DNA of 64,000 bases from an uncultured Gemmatimonadales bacterium (GTDB lineage Bacteria; Gemmatimonadota; Gemmatimonadetes; Gemmatimonadales; Gemmatimonadaceae). The notes under the pieces are model-generated. The model was not told the origin of the DNA and did no database searches. It saw only the letters and a list, made by a program, of their open reading frames with translations. Shown piece by piece: positions 59,650 to 64,000 of the stretch. Position numbers and translations under genes: made by a program. Every line of letters begins with the position of its first letter. Positions within the stretch are counted from its first letter, which is position 1. The DNA lies in contig CAWKMU010000003.1 in the NCBI GenBank assembly GCA_963850905.1, positions 1,568,001 to 1,632,000 of the forward strand. The letters run 5' to 3'.

Positions 59650-60948
59650 CTACGGGCTCAGTGGCTTGTTTGGTTTCTCCCCTTTCGCCTTTTTCGGACG
59701 CGCGGCGGTCGCCGCGCCGAAGCCGATGATATCGTGCCCCAGGCGCTGTCTCAGCTGGTCGACCGCGGCGGCAACCCGCCGCTGCTGCGGGCTCTCGCCG
59801 CGCGCCGCGGCGCTGTCGAAGAGTGCGAGCTGGTCGGCCCCGTCGTCACCCGAGAGCTCGGACAACGTCACGCCCACGAGCCGTACGGGCACGCGGCGAT
59901 CGGCGCGCAGTCGCTGGAGCAGTCCGGCCGCGATTGGAGCGATGGCCTGGTATGTTGTGAGCGCGGCAGGGGCAGTTCGACTGGCGCGGCGAAGGACAAA
60001 ATCGGCGTCTTTCACCCGAACGGCGATCGTGCGCGCTCCACACTGCCCACCGCGCATGTCGGACACCGCGTGATCCGTCAGGACGAGTAGCGTCCGCCGG
60101 AGGTCGGCATCGTCGATCATGTCGCGCGAAAAGGTGGTCTCGTGCCCGATGGATTTGCGAGGACTCCGCGCCTGCACGCCGACGTGATCGATACCACGGA
60201 TTACGTCGTAGAGCCATCGCCCCTGGCGTTGGCCCGCCACGCGTTCCAGTGTCGCGCGGTCGTGCGGCAACACATTGGTCACATCGCGCCAGCCGATGCG
60301 GCCGAGTCGTTGCTGGAATTTCGGTCCAATCCCTGGGATGTCCGCCAACGCGACCGTGGCCACGAAAGCGGCCTCGTCGCCGGGGTTCACGACATGCACA
60401 CCATGGCCGTCCGTGCCCGGCCGCGGCTTCGCACGCTCGACGGCGAGTTTGGCGACGAGGCGGTTGGTGCCGCCACCCAGCGAGATACGGATCGCCGTCT
60501 CTCCCAACACGGCGTGCCGAATGTCGTACGCGACCGCTTCGAGGGTGCGTCGGCGGTACACCGTCTGCATAGCCGACGTGAGCTCCAGGTACGCTTCGTC
60601 GGGTGATGCGCTCTGGACCGCCGGAGCGAACCGTTTGAGCACTCGCACCACGTCCCGGCTCTTGTCGGTGCACAGTCGGCGCGGGATCGGGACGCACATC
60701 GCGTCGGGACACAATCGGAGCGCGCGGGCGATAGGCATCCCCGATCGCACGCCGAATTCCCGCACCTCGTAAGAGGCCGAGCAAACGACCCCGCGGCTAT
60801 CGGCGGTGCCTCCGACGATCAAGAGCGCCGCACGGCCTGCTCCGTCGGGGTCCGCGAGCCGTGCGAGCTGGACATAGTACACATCGCAATCCGCGAGCAG
60901 CACACTGCGCGGCGAGGACGGCTGCGGGGCGGTTGGGTTCGCGACCAC
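59650..60948 (-). CDS. dinB: DNA polymerase IV (Y-family)
   Basis: LADCDVYY, RGVVCSASYEVREFGVRSGMP, SPDEAY, VAKLA, IPGIG, KSIGHETTF, VRLVGV. Confidence 0.92.
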   Translation of the reverse strand: MVANPTAPQPSSPRSVLLADCDVYYVQLARLADPDGAGRAALLIVGGTADSRGVVCSASYEVREFGVRSGMPIARALRLCPDAMCVPIPRRLCTDKSRDVVRVLKRFAPAVQSASPDEAYLELTSAMQTVYRRRTLEAVAYDIRHAVLGETAIRISLGGGTNRLVAKLAVERAKPRPGTDGHGVHVVNPGDEAAFVATVALADIPGIGPKFQQRLGRIGWRDVTNVLPHDRATLERVAGQRQGRWLYDVIRGIDHVGVQARSPRKSIGHETTFSRDMIDDADLRRTLLVLTDHAVSDMRGGQCGARTIAVRVKDADFVLRRASRTAPAALTTYQAIAPIAAGLLQRLRADRRVPVRLVGVTLSELSGDDGADQLALFDSAAARGESPQQRRVAAAVDQLRQRLGHDIIGFGAATAARPKKAKGEKPNKPLSP

Positions 60949-60993
60949 GTTGGAATCTACCCAGTCACCCCGCAGTGCGAGTGCGTGCCGCCT

Positions 60994-62418
60994 TTAGCGG
61001 TGCTGCAACGCGCGCGCGATACTCGGGTTCATGCGGCCCACGCGCGTTCCCATACGGCCGCGGTGCGAGTTCCGCGGATGGGCGTCGCGCACACGAGCCG
61101 CCGACGGAGCGGCGAAGGTCGCCCCCGGGTCGAAGACAATCTGCGCCGGATAGAACTGGTTGGACGGGCCAGTGATCATCACCGCGGGGCTCGGGGATCC
61201 GGTGGCGGCCAGTTGGGAGCTGGTGAACGCGTAAATGGCGCCATTGGCGAAGCCGATCTCGTCGCCCACCCACAGCGAGCCGCTGTTGTCGAAGGCGAGA
61301 CCTGCGGGCTCGGCGCCGGACGGCGCGGTGATCGTCACCTGGGGAACGGGCCCCCCATTCGAGGCAGCTTGCGCCGGGGTGTACTCGACGATTGTCCCGC
61401 CGCTGACGTTTGCGACCCACAAGTTTCCCTGTGCGTCGAAGGCCAAGCCGCTCGGACCGTTGATCGAATTGTTGTTCGCGCCAATTGTGTCGGCTGGCAC
61501 CGGGGCGCACTGGGCTGGTGGCGGGGTGCAGCCGGGGCCCGTTCCAGTCAACTGCGCAGCAGTGTATTCCAGGATGTGTTGGTTACCGTTGTCGGCGACC
61601 CACATGTTGCCGTTCACGTCGAAGGCCAGCGTGTACGCGGCCTGCAATTCAGACCCGCTGAGTTGGATCGTGGGAGTCTGCCCTCCGCCGGCGGCCAGCT
61701 GCGTAGGCGTAAACTCGAAAAGGAAGCCGTCGCCGTCGGCGACCCACAGGTCCCCATGTGCGTCGAAGGCGATGTTGTTGGCCGCCTGCATCACGGTGCT
61801 CCACAGCTTCCCGGATGGCAGGGTACTGTCGGCGTTGCGGGCGGCCGCTGTGAACATGAACAGCGTGTCGCTATTGAAATCCGATTCCCACAGATTGCCG
61901 TGCGAATCCAACGCGAGCCCGGCCGGCCCGCTGGCTCCCTGGGCGGCCAGAGCCTCAGCCGGCGTCGGTGTGCCACTGGTCCGCAGCTGCGCAGACGCAT
62001 ACTCGGGAAGCACCGAGTCCGCGTTGTTCGCGACCCACATGCCGCCCGTCCGCGTCGCCAGCGAGTATGTGACGCTCACTTTGATCGTATCACCCGTTTG
62101 GAGCGCTGCGGGACTTCCCGTGATGCCGACGGTGTCGACTAGCGTCCCGACGATTAAATCGGGATGCACGACCGAGTCCGCCGCGACGTTGTAGTCGCCG
62201 ATCGCCAGGTTCGTGAGGGTCTGTGAGCTCGTGATCGTCTTGGCGTACAGATTGGGACCGGTAACGGTGACCGACGGGGTAATTCCATCCGCTGGCGTCA
62301 CCGTGACCACCATCGTCCCGGTCAGCGCGGGGCTGGAGCGCTTCTCCGCGTTGCACCCGACAATCGCCGGGGCGGCGAGCGCGAGGCCCAATTGGAGGGA
62401 GCGGCTGTGACGCAGCAT
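60994..62418 (-). CDS. lipoprotein with NHL-type beta-propeller repeats
   Basis: Lipobox IVGC; about six repeats of P.GLAFD..GNLWVA. Confidence 0.85.
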   Translation of the reverse strand: MLRHSRSLQLGLALAAPAIVGCNAEKRSSPALTGTMVVTVTPADGITPSVTVTGPNLYAKTITSSQTLTNLAIGDYNVAADSVVHPDLIVGTLVDTVGITGSPAALQTGDTIKVSVTYSLATRTGGMWVANNADSVLPEYASAQLRTSGTPTPAEALAAQGASGPAGLALDSHGNLWESDFNSDTLFMFTAAARNADSTLPSGKLWSTVMQAANNIAFDAHGDLWVADGDGFLFEFTPTQLAAGGGQTPTIQLSGSELQAAYTLAFDVNGNMWVADNGNQHILEYTAAQLTGTGPGCTPPPAQCAPVPADTIGANNNSINGPSGLAFDAQGNLWVANVSGGTIVEYTPAQAASNGGPVPQVTITAPSGAEPAGLAFDNSGSLWVGDEIGFANGAIYAFTSSQLAATGSPSPAVMITGPSNQFYPAQIVFDPGATFAAPSAARVRDAHPRNSHRGRMGTRVGRMNPSIARALQHR

Positions 62419-62621
62419 GGCAGTCCTGTTGGAGATGGGTCCTGACCTGGGATCCGGCCGTGACGAATCGTCGATCCGCCTACGGCCCGGGATCCTGGGC
62501 CTTCCTGGCGACGCGTGAGTCCCCCCTACGGGCAAGACACGGGTGCGCCGACGTCATTCTGACTGACCACCGAAGGGGCCGGTCACGGCTCGCCGAGATT
62601 GGTGACTCCGAATAGGGTGGC

Positions 62622-63032
62622 TCACGCCGAGTGTTGGGGGGCCGACAAGCGCTGAACGGTGATCGCGTGGTCGTGCCACCACAGCTTGAAGGCGCTAAAG
62701 TGTTCGTCGCAGAGCGGTTGGTCGGCGACCGTGCTCCCATCCTTTCGCGTGGCGCGCGCGGCGACCGTGGCGACCTGGCCGCAGGTCGCGCTCCCAGGTA
62801 CCGCCCACTTGCACTCGCGCTGAACCGGCTTCTTCGCATCAGCTGCGGCCCCTCCGCGGTCGGCCACGGCGATAGCGCGCGCGAAGCAGTCCCGGCAGAG
62901 GATCATCGTCCCGAGCGAGCGCTCGCCGACGAGCCGCAGCTTCACCCCGTGCGGCTTGGCCTCGATCGACCGCCCGCACTCCTGGCAATTGCCCGCACGT
63001 ACGGCGGTTACATGGAAAGGAGGCTGCGTCAT
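62622..63032 (-). CDS. small Cys/His-rich protein with two putative zinc-binding modules
   Basis: CQEC..(~26)..CRDC and C..C..CDEH. Confidence 0.6.
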   Translation of the reverse strand: MTQPPFHVTAVRAGNCQECGRSIEAKPHGVKLRLVGERSLGTMILCRDCFARAIAVADRGGAAADAKKPVQRECKWAVPGSATCGQVATVAARATRKDGSTVADQPLCDEHFSAFKLWWHDHAITVQRLSAPQHSA

Positions 63033-63084
63033 CGGGTGTCGATGTGGACAAAACGACCAAAGTCCGGACGACCAATGATTTAGA

Positions 63085-63112
63085 CGAGCGAAACGGCGCC
63101 CGGTTTCGCTCG
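63085..63112. promoter_or_regulatory. 10-bp perfect inverted repeat between divergent genes
   Basis: CGAGCGAAAC-N8-GTTTCGCTCG. Confidence 0.4.
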
Positions 63113-63225
63113 GCGCCGGTCATTGTTATCCCGCGCGGCCCCCTCTCGTCCCGTAGGGCAGCACCCCCCGCGGGCCCGGCGCCCACCGTCCACACCGTCC
63201 GACACCCCTCTCTACCCGAACTGCA

Positions 63226-63915
63226 GTGTCGTCGACTCCACCCGCTCCGTTGGCGCCGATCGCAGGCCCCCCCGCCGGCCGCCAGAGGTCGTGGTTCCTC
63301 GTCGCGCTGGCGCTAGCGGTGCTGGCCGGGTTCGTACTCTGGTCTCGCCGTTCGGCGGTCGACCCACACGTTGTCGGACGGTGGGATCGCGACATGAGCA
63401 ACCAGTCGGGGCTATGGCGGGGCCGATTCGTCATCCGGAGCGACAACACCTATCAGCTCGAGACGGTCGTAAAGGACTACGGACGCCTGATCGCAGGTGG
63501 TGGTCAGTTCCGCATGATCTCGAGCACGCACACGAGCGCGGCCGGCACGTATCGCGCGGTGGACGCGGAGTCCCTCGAGGTGACGAGCGCCGTCGGCAAG
63601 GTGATTTGGAAGCGTCAGGGCAACGCGCCGGTCGCATCGAGCGGCAGGCCGATGCTCGGTGCGTGGGAGGCATTGCCGGTGATCGGCGGGATCACGTGGC
63701 ACCAAACCATCAGCGCGACACCCGACAGCGCCTACACACTCATTTCAGTGACCGGCGATAGCGGACGCATCGTCGCGTCGGGGGATCGCTGGCACATGAC
63801 GTCTCACGCGGGACGCGAGAGCGACGGGACGTACCTGGCGACGCCAGAACAACTCACGTTCGTCGCGCCGGAGGGGCGATCCGTGTGGCGGCGGGACAGC
63901 GCCCGGATGAAGTAA
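63226..63915 (+). CDS. membrane-anchored protein with two tandem beta-rich (lipocalin-like) repeats
   Basis: N-terminal TM; repeats VGRW..DNTYQL..DYGRL..GTY..IWKR and LGAW..DSAYTL..DSGRI..GTY..VWRR. Confidence 0.65.
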   Translation: MSSTPPAPLAPIAGPPAGRQRSWFLVALALAVLAGFVLWSRRSAVDPHVVGRWDRDMSNQSGLWRGRFVIRSDNTYQLETVVKDYGRLIAGGGQFRMISSTHTSAAGTYRAVDAESLEVTSAVGKVIWKRQGNAPVASSGRPMLGAWEALPVIGGITWHQTISATPDSAYTLISVTGDSGRIVASGDRWHMTSHAGRESDGTYLATPEQLTFVAPEGRSVWRRDSARMK

Positions 63916-64000
63916 AGCGACCTGAGCATCGGCGCCGGGGCTGGACGTCACGAATCCAGGCCGTAGAATCCTCGAAGCAGTCTCGCGACCGGATCCGTTT

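Noticed and set aside
59650..60948. DNA polymerase IV as part of an imuABC or defence cassette
   Set aside because: Catalytic acidic residues are present and no imuA, dnaE2 or defence genes are adjacent; looks like a stand-alone dinB

Overview
High-GC bacterial window. The gene content (ADOP-type permeases, sensorless kinase, REC-GGDEF, REP/heptamer landscape) suggests Gemmatimonadota; this is inference. Bases 1-31.5 kb are a large Wzx/Wzy-type exopolysaccharide locus: ligase/polymerase, ATP-grasp, PHP, GT2/GT4/GT-C glycosyltransferases, flippase, acyltransferase-SGNH fusion, nucleotide-sugar dehydrogenase, AsnB, two deacetylases, FAD oxidoreductase, UbiA-type phosphoribosyltransferase, priming transferase, Wza-like and Wzc. 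An embedded REC-degenerate-GGDEF gene and an adjacent sigma54 activator plus sensorless histidine kinase look like its regulators. Next come gltA, a short mutY, glnA, a second small glycan-modification island, ggt, an OmpA/lipoprotein trio, two ABC-type permeases, a DMT transporter, a DinB-family protein, DNA polymerase IV and several secreted or small proteins. Signals the ORF track misses or misreads: a UGA-recoded selenocysteine peroxiredoxin-like gene with a SECIS-like hairpin; two single-base frameshifts, one creating a false deacetylase-AsnB fusion; GTAG-REP doublets with a constant 80-bp spacer; several families of 7-bp tandem repeats (one G-quadruplex-like) arranged as inverted brackets around hairpins and intruding into genes; and a TGT-N12-ACA palindrome shared by all three divergent EPS promoter regions. 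No rRNA, tRNA, CRISPR array or transposase was recognised.
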